Source: Neocallimastix sp. 'constans'
Lineage: Eukaryota
DNA: 64,000 nucleotides
Assembly (NCBI GenBank): GCA_050613775.1
Contig: JBODTK010000010.1
Span: 1 to 64,000 of the forward strand
Direction of reading: 5' to 3'
Shown piece by piece: positions 18,901 through 34,871 of this stretch (within the stretch, counting starts at the first letter, position 1; each line of letters begins with the position of its first letter). Below the pieces are notes generated by a model. That model searched no databases. It was given only the letters and a program-made list of their open reading frames with translations, and was not told the DNA's origin. Made by a program: the position numbers and the translations under genes.

Positions 18901-20254
18901 GGTAAAAATACATTATTAGAATCGAATTATGAAATGATTAGGTCAAAAAATATTGATAATATTTATAATAAATTAAAAAAGTATAAAAAAAAAAATAAAA
19001 AAAAAAAAGTATGATTTTAACTAGTGTAACTTCAAGATTTAATCCTTGTCATAAAAGTTTAAATATTGATATAGATAATAATAATGAACCATAGTAAATA
19101 TACGACTTGCATCAGGAAGATTTATTAAAATAAAAGAAGATTTTAAAAACTTACCATCTAATATATCTAAATACAGTTCAATTAGAGCTTGTAAAGGACA
19201 TAATGTCGTATGTAGTGCAATTATTACTTCATCGTTTGCAAAACAATACAGTATTACTGATAATAATGGAGTTACGCATATACAAACTTACAGACAAGTG
19301 AAGGATTACCTGATATGGAAACCCAGGATATTTCCAATACAATGGAAATTGCTAATTCCTTAATTGATTCCCGTAGTATTACTCAAATATTTTCTAATTC
19401 CATTATACAAATTCGTTAAAAAAAAATCCATTATTTTACAACACACAAAAGGTAGGATCTGTAACTGATGAATACGGTTAGTTTACATATTGATGAATAT
19501 TTATAACAATTTATAGTTTTTTACATTATATTGAATTATATAGTTAAATAGTTAAAAGGAAAAAATATAATGTAATTAATATAATTATAATTATAATTAT
19601 TAATATATTAATATAAATAAAGAGAAAGGAAAATAAAATTATTTATATATATTACCCTATATATATTTAAAAAATAATTATAAAGATAAAAAATTTTTAA
19701 TAATAAATATATAAATTAGAAACAATGTTGTCATTATTAATAAAATATCATTCTTTTTATATTTCTTTAATAATTACCTAATAATGTAGGTTATTTTACT
19801 TTATACAAAAAAAAATAATAACTATAATAATAATTTATATATTTTATTTTATTTTTTATATTATTTTATTTTTTTTTTCTTTTTACTATATTTTAAAAAG
19901 CTTTATTAAATATAATGTGCATATTTTCTATATACATGAAAATTTTTTGATTAAGGAATACAAATATCTTATTTAAATAATATTTTTATATTTCTTTTTA
20001 AAAATCCATTAGATATAATATAAAAGAAAAAAAAATTTTTTTTTTTTTTTTTTGTTTTTTTTTTAAATTGATGGATTTATATATAATACATATATAATTG
20101 ATAATCTAATTTTTTTTTTTTTTTTGTTTCTTTTTTTTTTTTTTTTTTTTTTTTTGTACTTTAATTTTTAATTACCATCTTCAATTAGAAGCTTGTTTTT
20201 AATTGTTATTTTTCTTTCATTTTAATTTTTTTTTTTTTTTTTTTTGAACTTCCT

Positions 20255-22696
20255 TTAATTCCAAATATTAAGTTCTTCAATTTTTTTAGCTAATTCATTA
20301 GCAAGAGCAATATGTGAATTTATACTTGGATGTCCGTAAAATCCGGCTCCATTCTTTTCAATATCTTCTTCATTTAAGGCATAAGAATTAACCTTTTCAT
20401 CACCGGTTTCTTCAACGTATTCTTTAACGGCTTTTTCAACTTCTGGATAAAGGTATTGTCCCATAATACCTAAAGTACAAAGAATTTCGGCTTCTGGATG
20501 ATCTGCTCTAATTTGGGAAATAAACGATTTGTAAGCAGTAACGAAATTGGCTTTTTCTTCTTCAAGAACATCATTATCACTGATACCATAGAAATAGAAG
20601 GAATCATTAGTACCAAGATTAACAATAACAAGATCTGGTTCAAATTCACTAGGATCCCAATCTATTGAACTCATAGCAACGGTAGTATTTTCTGGATGAT
20701 CTCTATTCCAATTTAGATGACCAAGCTTATCATAAATCAATGGAACAATATTCTTATCAACGGTTCTTGGTTCACGATAAACACCAAATCCTCCAAATCC
20801 AAAAATACTATAATCAGCATCAAAGATTTGTGCTAATTTTAAGGCATAAGAATTTGAACCATCAGCTGAAGTACTTGGATATTCACAATCTTTTAATAAA
20901 GCTCCAACACCAGTTGTAATGGAATCTCCAATAATTTCGATTTTCTTATCTTTTGGTGCTGTTGGTGTGACCGTTTCAGAATCGGTTTTAATTTCATCAA
21001 TGAAAATAGATCCATCTTGACATTCCGATGTTTTCATTAAATGAATAGTGTGTTCACCAGCTTCATCAAATTCAACATTTAATTCCATAGTACTTTCAGT
21101 TGTAACTGTATCAACGACGACTTCATCATCACCGTAAATTAAAATACGAGCTGGACTATCGTCACCGGATGAACCATAAACACTATCGGTTGAAACAACG
21201 ACCGAAGCACTTTGACCATTTATTTTAAATTCAATACCTGAATCTGTATGACAAACCCATAAAGATCCATCAATATATTTAGTTCTACCAATTAGTTTGA
21301 CATTTTCTTTAGTTGGTTCAAATTTATTCAATTCCGATTGTACTGATTCAGTTTCTTCTTCACTAGTTTTACTTCCTTCATCTTCTTCAGTAAATTCACT
21401 ATCTTCATCTTCATTAGTAATTTCATTACCTTTAACTTCTTCAGTAATTTCATTAATTTCATCTTCTTCAGTAAATTCACTATCTTCATCTTCTTTAGTA
21501 ATTTCACTAACTTCATCTTCTTCGGTGATTTCACTACCTTCATCTTCATTTTCTAAATCAGGAATCCATCCATAAAGTTCTTCAATTTTTTTAGATAATT
21601 CATTAGCAAGAGCAATATGTGAATTTATACTTGGATGTCCATAAAATCCGGCTCCATTCTTTTCAATATCTTCTTCATTTAAGGCATAAGAATTAACCTT
21701 TTCATCACCGGTTTCTTCAACGTATTCTTTAACGGCTTTTTCAACTTCTGGATAAAGGTATTGTCCCATAATACCTAAAGTACAAAGAATTTCGGCTTCT
21801 GGATGATCTGCTCTAATTTGGGAAATAAACGATTTGTAAGCAGTAACGAAATTGGCTTTTTCTTCTTCAAGAACATCATTATCACTGATACCATAGAAAT
21901 AGAAGGAATCATTAGTACCAAGATTAACAATAACAAGATCTGGTTCAAATTCACTAGGATCCCAATCTATTGAACTCATGGCAATGGTAGTATTTTCTGG
22001 ATGATCTCTATTCCAATTTAGATGACCAAGCTTATCATAAATCAATGGAACAATATTCTTATCAACGGTTCTTGGTTCACGATAAACACCAAATCCTCCA
22101 AATCCAAAAATACTATAATCAGCATCAAATATTTGTGCTAATTTTAAGGCATAAGAATTTGAACCATCAGCTGAAGTACTTGGATATTCACAATCTTTTA
22201 ATAAGGCTCCAACACCAGTTGTAATGGAATCTCCAATAATTTCGATTTTCTTATCTTTTGGTGCTGTTGGTGTGACCGTTTCAGAATCGGTTTTAATTTC
22301 ATCAATGAAAATAGATCCATCTTGACATTCCGATGTTTTCATTAAATGAATAGTGTGTTCACCAGCTTCATCAAATTCAACATTTAATTCCATAGTACTT
22401 TCAGTTGTAACTGTATCAACGACGACTTCATCATCACCGTAAATTAAAATACGAGCTGGACTATCGTCACCAGATGAACCATAAACACTATCGGTTGAAA
22501 CAACGACCGAAGCACTTTTACCATTTATTTTAAATTCAATACCTGAATCAGTATGACAAACCCATAAAGATCCATCAATATATTTAGTTCTACCAATTAG
22601 TTTGACATTTTCTTTGGTTGGTTCGAATGAATTTAATACAGGTATTGCTGAAACCAAACCCGCAATTGCTACAAATAATAATAAAGCAAATTTCAT
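20255..22696 (-). CDS. Secreted carbohydrate esterase family 2 (SGNH acetyl xylan esterase-like), two tandem catalytic modules, no dockerin
   Basis: Signal peptide. Each module has an N-terminal beta domain (KLIGRT...SGIEF), IEIIGDSITTG, VIVNLGTND and GHP. The 1305-bp period copies are near-identical and joined by an acidic 9-aa-repeat linker. Intronless. Confidence 0.88.
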   Translation of the reverse strand: MKFALLLFVAIAGLVSAIPVLNSFEPTKENVKLIGRTKYIDGSLWVCHTDSGIEFKINGKSASVVVSTDSVYGSSGDDSPARILIYGDDEVVVDTVTTESTMELNVEFDEAGEHTIHLMKTSECQDGSIFIDEIKTDSETVTPTAPKDKKIEIIGDSITTGVGALLKDCEYPSTSADGSNSYALKLAQIFDADYSIFGFGGFGVYREPRTVDKNIVPLIYDKLGHLNWNRDHPENTTIAMSSIDWDPSEFEPDLVIVNLGTNDSFYFYGISDNDVLEEEKANFVTAYKSFISQIRADHPEAEILCTLGIMGQYLYPEVEKAVKEYVEETGDEKVNSYALNEEDIEKNGAGFYGHPSINSHIALANELSKKIEELYGWIPDLENEDEGSEITEEDEVSEITKEDEDSEFTEEDEINEITEEVKGNEITNEDEDSEFTEEDEGSKTSEEETESVQSELNKFEPTKENVKLIGRTKYIDGSLWVCHTDSGIEFKINGQSASVVVSTDSVYGSSGDDSPARILIYGDDEVVVDTVTTESTMELNVEFDEAGEHTIHLMKTSECQDGSIFIDEIKTDSETVTPTAPKDKKIEIIGDSITTGVGALLKDCEYPSTSADGSNSYALKLAQIFDADYSIFGFGGFGVYREPRTVDKNIVPLIYDKLGHLNWNRDHPENTTVAMSSIDWDPSEFEPDLVIVNLGTNDSFYFYGISDNDVLEEEKANFVTAYKSFISQIRADHPEAEILCTLGIMGQYLYPEVEKAVKEYVEETGDEKVNSYALNEEDIEKNGAGFYGHPSINSHIALANELAKKIEELNIWN

Positions 22697-23012
22697 CTAT
22701 TTTTCATTATAATATAATTATATAAATAATAAATAAAAAGTTCATATTTTCTCTTTTATTTCAAAATATTTATTTATCCTTTTATTTAATTACTTATTTT
22801 TTATGTTTTGTCTTTTCAAAAATTTAAATTTTTTTATTTTTTTTTATGTTTTATTTTATATTTAATTTATTAATATAATGTAATAAATATAAAATTAAAT
22901 ATTTTTACCTTTAAGTATTTCTTAAAATAATTTATAATTTATATTTAATAAAATAAGTTTTCTTAACAATTTTTGTTTTTTGTTTTTTATTTATTTATTT
23001 TTTTATTTATTT

Positions 23013-23043
<31 letters not shown>

Positions 23044-23457
23044 TTTACTTCTTTTTTTTTTTTTATTTTTTCTTTTTTTTTTTATTAATTTATTTAAAAA
23101 AAAAAAAAAATAAAATAAAATGAGAAAGATAAAAAATGATATATATATATCTTTTATCTTTAATATAAAAATGTTAAAAATATAATAATTATATTTTATT
23201 TCTCTAAAAAGTAATACATACCAAAAAAATGTCTCTCACCAGAACTGTAATTAATAATGAATTTCCACTAAATAATTAAAACATTAAAAAATTGAATAAA
23301 ATTTGTTTGTCCTACTTCAATTTTATTGGTGAAAAAAATTAAATTGAATTTATGTACTTGGAGGTTAAATATCATATATAATAAAGTTTATATTTTTTTT
23401 CATTTAATATATGGGACTAATTTATTAAATTTATTATTGTATTATTTACTTATTTAC

Positions 23458-23500
<43 letters not shown>

Positions 23501-23789
23501 TTTGTATTTCTAATATTACATATTTTATTCAAGTAATTATACTTGATTAAACATTTAAACCTATCTAATAACTTTCTCACACTTCTCTTAATTCATAGAA
23601 ATGTTTTTTTTTTAATGTTATTTAGTTATATTTAACTATCTAATTGTCCTAGTGATTAAAATAAATTTTTTAATCAATGATAATGTTTTAAGTATTATAA
23701 ATATTAATATTTATTATTTAAGGAATTTTTATGTTCTAAGTATTATAAACATTAATAAATATTATTTAAGGAAATATTTAATAACTATA

Positions 23790-24340
23790 TAAAGATAAAT
23801 AAAAAATAATAAGAATATTAATAAAACATTGATTTACATTATAATTAATAAAATAAGAAATAATAAATAAATTTTATAACTATTAAATCAAGCCACTTAT
23901 ATAAATTTAATTTAATTTTGGTTTATGACATTAATTAATGCTGAATAATAAAAATCATTTTATATTAATTAAGGTTTGAATATTTCATTTTATATCATTA
24001 CATTGTTTTGGACGGATTTTTATTTTTTTTTTTTTTTTAATTATTTAAATCGTTGTTCATGTGCTAAATATAATCTCTTTATAAAGATAAATATAGAATA
24101 ATAGGAGTATTAATAAAAAAATATTGATTTATAAATTTTATTATTTCTTATTTTATTAATTATAATAATAAAATCAAGCCACTTTTAATGAAAATTATAA
24201 AATCATTAGATTTAATTTTGACTTGGCATTAATTTATGTTTGAATAATAAAAATAATTTTATATTAATTAAAGTTTGAATATGTCATTTTATATCAATAA
24301 CTTATTCATTGTTTTGGACGGATTTTTAATTTTTTTTTAA
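23790..24340 (+). repeat. Diverged ~290-310-bp direct duplication
   Basis: AATCAAGCCACTT at ~23886 and ~24172; CATTGTTTTGGACGGATTTTTA at ~24001 and ~24307. Confidence 0.75.
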
Positions 24341-25024
24341 ATTATTTTTTATTAAATTATTAAAAATAAAGTAAATAAAGTAAATCTTTCATTGAATAAT
24401 GATAAAGTATGGTATATATCTTGTTTCCCATCTTTATCTAATATACTAAATAAAATTATTTATAAGAAAATAATTAAATTCATTCAATAGAAATAAATTT
24501 ATTTTATAACCTTTATGTTATTAATTATTTATTATAAAAACTTATAATACTAATTCTTAAGGTAATTAGTAAACCTCTACTAAACTTATCTAATTTTACA
24601 GGCTAATTAGTAACCTTTAAACATTCTTTTTATTATTATCTAATTTTACTGGACAATTAGTAACATTTTGTTAAATAAATATTTTATATTCCTATTTATA
24701 TTTGTTATCTAAATTAAAGTAATCTTTATAAACAATAATTTTTACTAAAGTATTTAACATTTCTAAACAATTACATTTACAAGTTATTTTTATAATTTTA
24801 TTAATATAAATTTTTTACTATTTAACTATTTAATAATTTTATACTTATAATCTATATAACTTTAATATATTTATTTTAATTTATTATTATTTAAAGTTTC
24901 ATTCTATATCAATAATTAATCAATGGAATTGTTTTTAATTTAAATAATTCTAATTCATTTTATTTAATATAAAAACCTTTTTTTTTTATTTATTTACAAT
25001 TATTTATTTTTATTATTATTATTA

Positions 25025-25058
<34 letters not shown>

Positions 25059-25898
25059 TATTATTTATTATTTATTATTTATTATTATAATAATTATTAT
25101 AATTATTATTATTATTATTATTGATAAAAAATACTTAATTATGATTAAGTAAACAATGAAGTTGTATACAAATGTAAAGAAAAAATATATTCGAAAATTT
25201 ATATTTTTATATTTTTTAAAGTTATATTAAAATTGAATATTTTTATTCTAAATTAATATTAATATTTTTATATTTTTTAAGGTTACATTATAATTTTATA
25301 TTTTTATTCTAAATTAATATTAATATTTTTATATTTTTTAAGGTTACATTATAATTTTATATTTTTATTGTCAATTAGTATATTATTAATAAATTTTATT
25401 ATATATTGTTTGATACTTTAGTTATATTAATATAATTCATAATTTAAATATATTTGTATTAATAATATAATATAAATTAAAATAATATAAATTAAATTAT
25501 GAACTATATTAACTTTAAAAAAGAATAATAAGAAAAATTTTTAAGAAGGGGACTTCTTATTAAGAGAAGAAATAATTAGTCAAACATAATGAAGTTTTAT
25601 TAATAAATTAAATGGTAAACATTTTTCTTATTATATTATTTGAAATATAACTTCTTTATGTGTTAAATAATTTAGTGAAATTATTTATAAAAATTGTTTA
25701 TTTTTTCAATTAAATTAATTATTCAATAAATAAATAATATTTTCAAAATATTATAATAAAAGATTGTAAAATACTTCTTCCTTACAAGTTAGGACTAACA
25801 TAACTCTAATAATAAGAAGAAATATAAGAAATTAACGATTGTATGATAAAAACTGGACGTTATGAATTATGACAAGTTGTAATTTCAAGATAGGAACT

Positions 25899-26011
25899 GG
25901 GAGTCTTGAATTTCCCGCGAAAAAAAAGTGAATTTTGCCAATTTAGCATTTCCCCAAATAGCATTTCATAAAAATATTTGATGTGGCTTGTATTAAAAAT
26001 TTGTAACTCCT
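25899..26011. mobile_element. Short internally deleted copy of the MITE-like element at 19-413
   Basis: Starts GGGAGTCTTGAATTTCCC (compare GGGAGATTTGCATTTCCC). Contains GCATTTCCCCAAATAGCATTTC and GTGGCTTGTATTAAAAA (compare GTGGCGTAGTATTAAAAA). Ends CTCCT-ATTTAAAT. Confidence 0.5.
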
Positions 26012-26124
26012 ATTTAAATATTAATATCTTATTACTCAATTACTCTATCTTATTTTTTTTACAAAAATAAAAATAATAATAAAAAAAATATTTACTATAG
26101 GACTACTTATCAAAGATTTATTAT

Positions 26125-26173
<49 letters not shown>

Positions 26174-27164
26174 TAAATACAAAATCAAGTTGTTTCATTG
26201 TCGAAGACTAAAAGAATAGTCACTTTTCCACTTTACTAATATTATCAATTAACTCTTGATTATTAGAAATAGCTTCAACATTTCTATCACCTTCTCTTTT
26301 ATTTATTGTATTCCTTCTTTAAGAGGGCAGGATTCAATTAAGTATATATCAATGGCTATAAGGTTATTAGTGCTTAACTTTTCAATTTTTTTATTTGGTT
26401 GAAAGGGTTCAGATACAATGAACTTTCAACCAAGGTTTCTATCATTAATTATCACTATATCTCAATAAGATTAATTTTGATTGATATAAATTTTTATTTA
26501 TATAAATACCCTTTAGTTGAATTTCTTTAATATTTTTTATATGATATTCATTTTCACTCACATAATAATAAGTGTATTAAATTTTTCATTTTCTGATATT
26601 AGATATCCTTTTTCATTAAAAAAAGAGTAGCTATATTTAAGAGTGTTGAATATTCTGATAATTTAAAATAATTGATTGCTTCTCATATTGAATTTTGAAC
26701 ATATTGAATTTTGAACATATTGATGTAGTATAGTTTTTTTTTTTTTTTTCGTTATTGTTAATTTTACATAATATTCATATAATTTTCCATTTATTAAATT
26801 CTTTTTCACAACTTTCTAAAAATTTTTATTTTTATATATTAGATTATATTTTAAAAAAAAAAATTTTTTTAATATGTTTCAAAATTTTTATTATTATATA
26901 TATAATAAAAAAAATTTTTTTTTGTATCAGAAATTTAAACAATTTTTTTTTTTTATTAACAACAGCAAATATAACTTTGTCTTTATTAATTAATATTTAA
27001 TAGATTGCATATATTAAAAAAAATTTAAAATATAAAAATAAAAAAAAAAAGATAAAATATAAAAAATAATAAAAAATAAAATTTTAAAAATATAGCATAA
27101 AAATTGTTTAATAAAAATAGCACAAAAAAAGTTTAACAAATCTAGGTTAAATTTTAATTAACAA

Positions 27165-27920
27165 TAGTAAGACTTCGTAAAGTCATTATTATATAAAAGT
27201 ATAATAATAATATTTGATTCCATAATATTGATCATAATAATTAAGAGACAAAATTATGATCGTTATTGGCTGAGCTAACCCAGCTAGTCTCTCTTATTGT
27301 TATTTCAACATTGACGCCCTTGGTAGGATTAATTTTACACTTATTGAATAATGACTGCTGCCGGTCAGAAACAAAAGGTATAATTTAGTTTAGGAGGGCC
27401 GCTATAACCACTAAGAATAGATTATCTGAAGAATTGCCAGATTTAATTTGACAATTATAGAGATCTTTCCATTCTCCTGAAGTTAAAGTGATGGAGTCTT
27501 CCACCAAGAAGGAAAATAAATAAGTTACTTAACACACAAGAATTATTATACACTGTATTATTAACTAAACCAATATCTAAATTATTGATTACACTGTTTC
27601 TATTAATTAACGAAACATTGGAATTACTATAATTAAAAACTATAGAAGAATTATGAACAAAGAAATATAGGATTTTCCTTAATAATTATGAAACAGAAAG
27701 ACATATTCGAAGAAAAGTGGGACAACTTGATCAACCTATGTTCAATGGTTTGGGTGCCAGAATTAATTATAACATGAACGGTAATTAGGGCAATCTGTAG
27801 TAATTAATTTAGCCGCTTTAACAACTCTAGCATCTAATTTATATCTTCTGTGAGCCTTCAAAATTCCTTATTCCGAATGATCATAGAAAAAGATCCATAA
27901 ATTTATTTAAGCATAACATT
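27165..27920 (-). mobile_element. Degenerate non-LTR retroposon 3' fragment (same family as 36629-37605)
   Basis: Colinear nucleotide similarity to 36790-37560 (GTAAGACTTC..., ACAAAATTATGATC, CATTGACGC). The minus frame gives YKLDARVVKAAKLITTDCPNY, with stops. Confidence 0.75.
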
Positions 27921-29569
27921 TAACTTTAAAATATATTTTTTTTTAATAATAGTATTTAATAATTAATATTAAAATATATTTTTTTTCAATAATAGTATTT
28001 AATAATTAATATTAATTTAAACACACATCATTATAATTTTATATATATCATTCGAAAAATCAATATAAATAGTGTACAATTTTTTTTTTCATTTTCATTT
28101 ATTCATTTTTTTTCAAAAAAAAAAAAAAAAAAAAAAAACATATTTTTATTTTTAATAAATAAATCATTAAAAATAATAATAAATGGAAATATAAGTAGAA
28201 ACCAAAAAAAAAAAAAAAAAAAAATAGTTTGTTTTTATTACTTTTTACATTAATTTTTTTTGTATTTCTTTGTTATATTTAAATTTATTTTATATAGGTA
28301 TTATTATCATTTACTTTTTTGTTTTGTCTCGTTTTTATATATATATATAAATTTTTCAAAGAAATTAAAAATTATAATGAATATCTTAAAAATATATGGC
28401 TTTATTTTAAAATCTTTATAAGCCAAAATGTATCATATTCAAAAAAAAAAAAATAATAATAATAATAAAATCTTTAACCCTAATTTGACATTAATTATCA
28501 AAATTTTTTATTTATATTTAATCAAAAATTTAATAAGCCACATTTTCCGAATTGCAATACTCCCGATTCTGCTATTCATTTTTTTTTTATACTTTTTCAC
28601 ATTCCCTAACCCTGTGTATTCCAAAAAAACAAAAAAAAAAAGAAAAAAAAATTTTCTTGTAATCACTTGCTCTGAAATTTATTGGTAGAATTTCTAATAC
28701 ACTCCTTTCCGCTGCACATTAATAACAAAGAATTTGCGAATTTCCTCTATGTAGTTTATGTTCAATGCAATGCAAGATAGTTTATGTATCGTTTCGTTAT
28801 TTCCATTTCTATGATATATTGAAATATATTTAATAGAGGATTGGAAAGTAATTTTTTTATTATTTAATTGATATAATACTACTAAAGTATCAATAGGTAT
28901 TAATAATATAGTAATATAAATATAATAATAAATTACCAGTATTATTATTATTTATTGTACTATATATTACTGTACAATATAACTTCTTACATATTTATAA
29001 TGATGAATCAATTTTTTACCCTTTTTATAAATAAAAATAAAAAGAATGAAAAATACTCTTATTATAGCAATTTTTATCTATTTTTTTTTTTTTTTTTTTT
29101 TTAGTATATTTAATTATTCAAAACAATATTTTAATTTAATTTATTATTTTTTTTTTTTTTTTTTACTTTGTTTAAAATGATACTTTATTAAATTAATAAT
29201 TTAAAAGAAATAGTATAATAAAAACTTCTGCTACAAATATAATAGAGTAGAATATTACCTTTAAAAAAAAATAACACTTTTATTACATATAAAAATAACA
29301 AATAATCTAATATTATCTCCAATATAATTTATATTTAATTTTGTTATTATTTTTTTTTTCCTTGGTAACAGTAGTTAAATTTATATTAAATATACTACTT
29401 TTATTTTTTTTTATTTATTATATGTCTATTCAAATTTCAAAATAAAAATAAAAATTAATAAATGAGTTTTAAATAATGAATTAGTTTATTATTATTCAGT
29501 TCTCCCAGTAGATTGCTTTCATAACAATAATTAATAAATACTAATGCAAAACAAATATTTTTATATTAC

Positions 29570-31520
29570 AAAAATAAAATAAAATAAAAAATAAAATAAA
29601 ATAAATAGTAGAATATGAATATAATTAAAGTACAGATTGAATAAAATAAAAAATAAAATAAAATAAAAAATAAAATAAAATAAAATAAAATAAAATAAAA
29701 TAAAATAAAATAAAATAAAATAAAATAAAATAAAATAAAATAAAATAAAATAAAATAAAAAATAAAATAAAATAAAATAAAATAAAATAAAATAAAATAA
29801 AATAAAATAAAATAAAATAAAATAAAATAAAATAAAATAAAATAAAATAAAATAAAATAAAATAAAATAAAATAAAATAAAATAAAATAAAATAAAATAA
29901 AATAAAATAAATAGTAGAATATGAATATAATTAAAGTACAGATTGAAAAAAATAAAATAAAATAAAATAAAATAAAATAAAATAAAATAAAATAAAATAA
30001 AATAAAATAAAATAAAATAAAATAAAATAAAATAAAATAAAATAAAATAAAATAAATAGTAGAATATGAATATAATTAAAGTACAGATTGAAAAAAATAA
30101 AATAAAATAAAATAAAACAAAATAAAATAAAATAAAATAAAATAAAATAAAATAAAATAAAATAAAATAAAATAAATAGTAGAATATGAATATAATTAAA
30201 GTACAGATTGAAAAAAATAAAATAAAATAAAATAAAACAAAATAAAATAAAAAATAAAATAAAATAAAATAAAATAAAATAAAATAAAATAAAATAAAAT
30301 AAAATAAATAGTAGAATATGAATATAATTAAAGTACAGATTGAAAAAAATAAAATAAAATAAAATAAAACAAAATAAAATAAAAAATAAAATAAAATAAA
30401 ATAAAAAATAAAATAAAATAAAATAAAATAAAATAAAATAAAATAAATAGTAGAATATGAATATAATTAAAGTACAGATTGAAAAAAATAAAATAAAATA
30501 AAATAAAACAAAATAAAATAAAAAATAAAATAAAATAAAATAAAAAATAAAATAAAATAAAATAAAATAAAATAAAATAAAATAAAATAAATAGTAGAAT
30601 ATGAATATAATTAAAGTACAGATTGAAAAAAATAAAATAAAATAAAATAAAATAAAATAAAATAAAATAAAATAAAATAAAATAAAATAAAATAAAATAA
30701 AATAAAATAAAATAAAATAAAATAAAATAAAATAAAATAAAATAAAATAAAATAAAATAAAATAAAATAAAATAAAATAAAATAAAATAAAATAAAATAA
30801 AATAAAATAAAATAAAATAAAATAAAATAAAATAAAATAAAATAAAATAAATAGTAGAATATGAATATAATTAAAGTACAGATTGAAAAAATAAAATAAA
30901 ATAAAATAAAATAAAATAAAATAAAATAAAATAAAATAAAATAAAATAAAATAAAATAAAATAAAAAATAAAATAAAATAAAATAAAATAAAATAAAATA
31001 AAATAAAATAAAATAAAATAAAATAAAATAAAATAAAATAAAATAAAATAAAATAAAATAAAATAAAATAAAATAAAATAAAATAAAATAAAATAAAATA
31101 AAATAAAATAAAATAAATAGTAGAATATGAATATAATTAAAGTACAGATTGAAAAAAATAAAATAAAATAAAATAAAACAAAATAAAATAAAAAATAAAA
31201 TAAAATAAAATAAAAAATAAAATAAAATAAAATAAAATAAAATAAAATAAATAGTAGAATATGAATATAATTAAAGTACAGATTGAAAAAAATAAAATAA
31301 AATAAAATAAAATTGATCATAGGATTAAGCGAATTTTGGTTGGATATTATTTATTAAAATTTAATAACATGGAACATAAATTGTAACTTTAATTGTTATA
31401 AAAATTGGCTCCTATCTTTATTTTATTTTATTCAATCTGTACTTAACATTTATATTTCTACTATTTATTTTATTTTATTTTATTTTATTCAATCTATACT
31501 TGATATTCATATTCTACAAA
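29570..31520. repeat. Compound foldback array: ten ~36-bp constant units in (AAAAT)n, a ~110-bp unique core, two inverted units
   Basis: AAATAGTAGAATATGAATATAATTAAAGTACAGATTGAA at ~29604, 29911, 30057, 30177, 30309, 30448, 30591, 30851, 31117 and 31251. Diverged reverse-complement copies at ~31432-31466 and ~31489-31517, set in (TTTTA)n. Confidence 0.88.
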
Positions 31521-31920
31521 TACATCCATATATATACAAACATATATAATTTTTATATAACAATAATAAATAAATAGATAGATAGATAAATAAATAATAT
31601 AATATATTATATATAATAAATAATACATAATAAATTATCATAATTCATTTATATTATTGTACTATTATTGTATTATTATTATTTATATTATTTATATAAA
31701 TTTTAATTTTTAATTTTTTACTGACTCATTTTTCAATTTTTGTCTCACCAACCTTCTCATTTATATTATTTAATATTAATCATAAAATTTTATATATATT
31801 TTTATTTAACTTTAACCTTAGTATATTTCCTTAATAATCAACAAAATTTAATTTAGATATTTATGTCATATTAATTTCGTTGTATTATTAACAAACAAAC
31901 AAAAAAATAATAATAAAAAA

Positions 31921-34323
<2,403 letters not shown>

Positions 34324-34617
34324 TTTTTTTTATCTTATGTCTATATATTTTTTTATAAATAATTCTATAATCTTTTATTGAATAAAGTGAAATAAAATTT
34401 AAAAAACTTTTTATTAATGATATTAAAACGAACAAACAAACAAACATGTATTATAAATAAATATAAATAAAATTAAAAATAAAATTTTATTTTTTATTTT
34501 ATCTGTTTTTCTTTTGAAATCTTTTATATATATATATGTATTTTATTAATGGGCTAACGAAAATAATATCAAAAATAATTGGAAATTTTTATTATGTTAA
34601 TACAAAGAAAACAATTT

Positions 34618-34676
<59 letters not shown>

Positions 34677-34727
34677 GTAAATATAGTAATAATTTAAAGA
34701 ATTCTTGAAATAATATTATTATTATTA

Positions 34728-34871
34728 TTTTCTAGTGATAAATGTGACACTAAGAAAAAAAAAATATACAGGTGTAAACACAATTATTGCTGTAGTATGA
34801 ATAGAAATTGTGGTTCTTTCAGTGCCTATCCTGATTCAGGATACCAATCAAGATACAGTAAATGTTGGTAA
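34728..34871 (+). pseudogene. Isolated degenerate CBM18 (hevein-like chitin-binding) domain relic
   Basis: Reads ISSDKCDTKKKKIYRCKHNYCCSMNRNCGSFSAYPDSGYQSRYSKCW*. This aligns to the CBM18 units at 62230-63381 with two Cys lost. No start codon found. Confidence 0.65.

Noticed and set aside
25910..25925. E2F/SCB-like site TTTCCCGCGAAA
   Set aside because: It is part of the terminal repeat of the MITE-like copy and there is no nearby gene start.
26180..26720. Possible coding relic on the minus strand
   Set aside because: Many stops and no motif I can recognise; unsupported without a search.
29570..31310. CRISPR array
   Set aside because: The spacers are just (AAAAT)n rather than unique sequences, there are no cas genes, and the context is eukaryotic.
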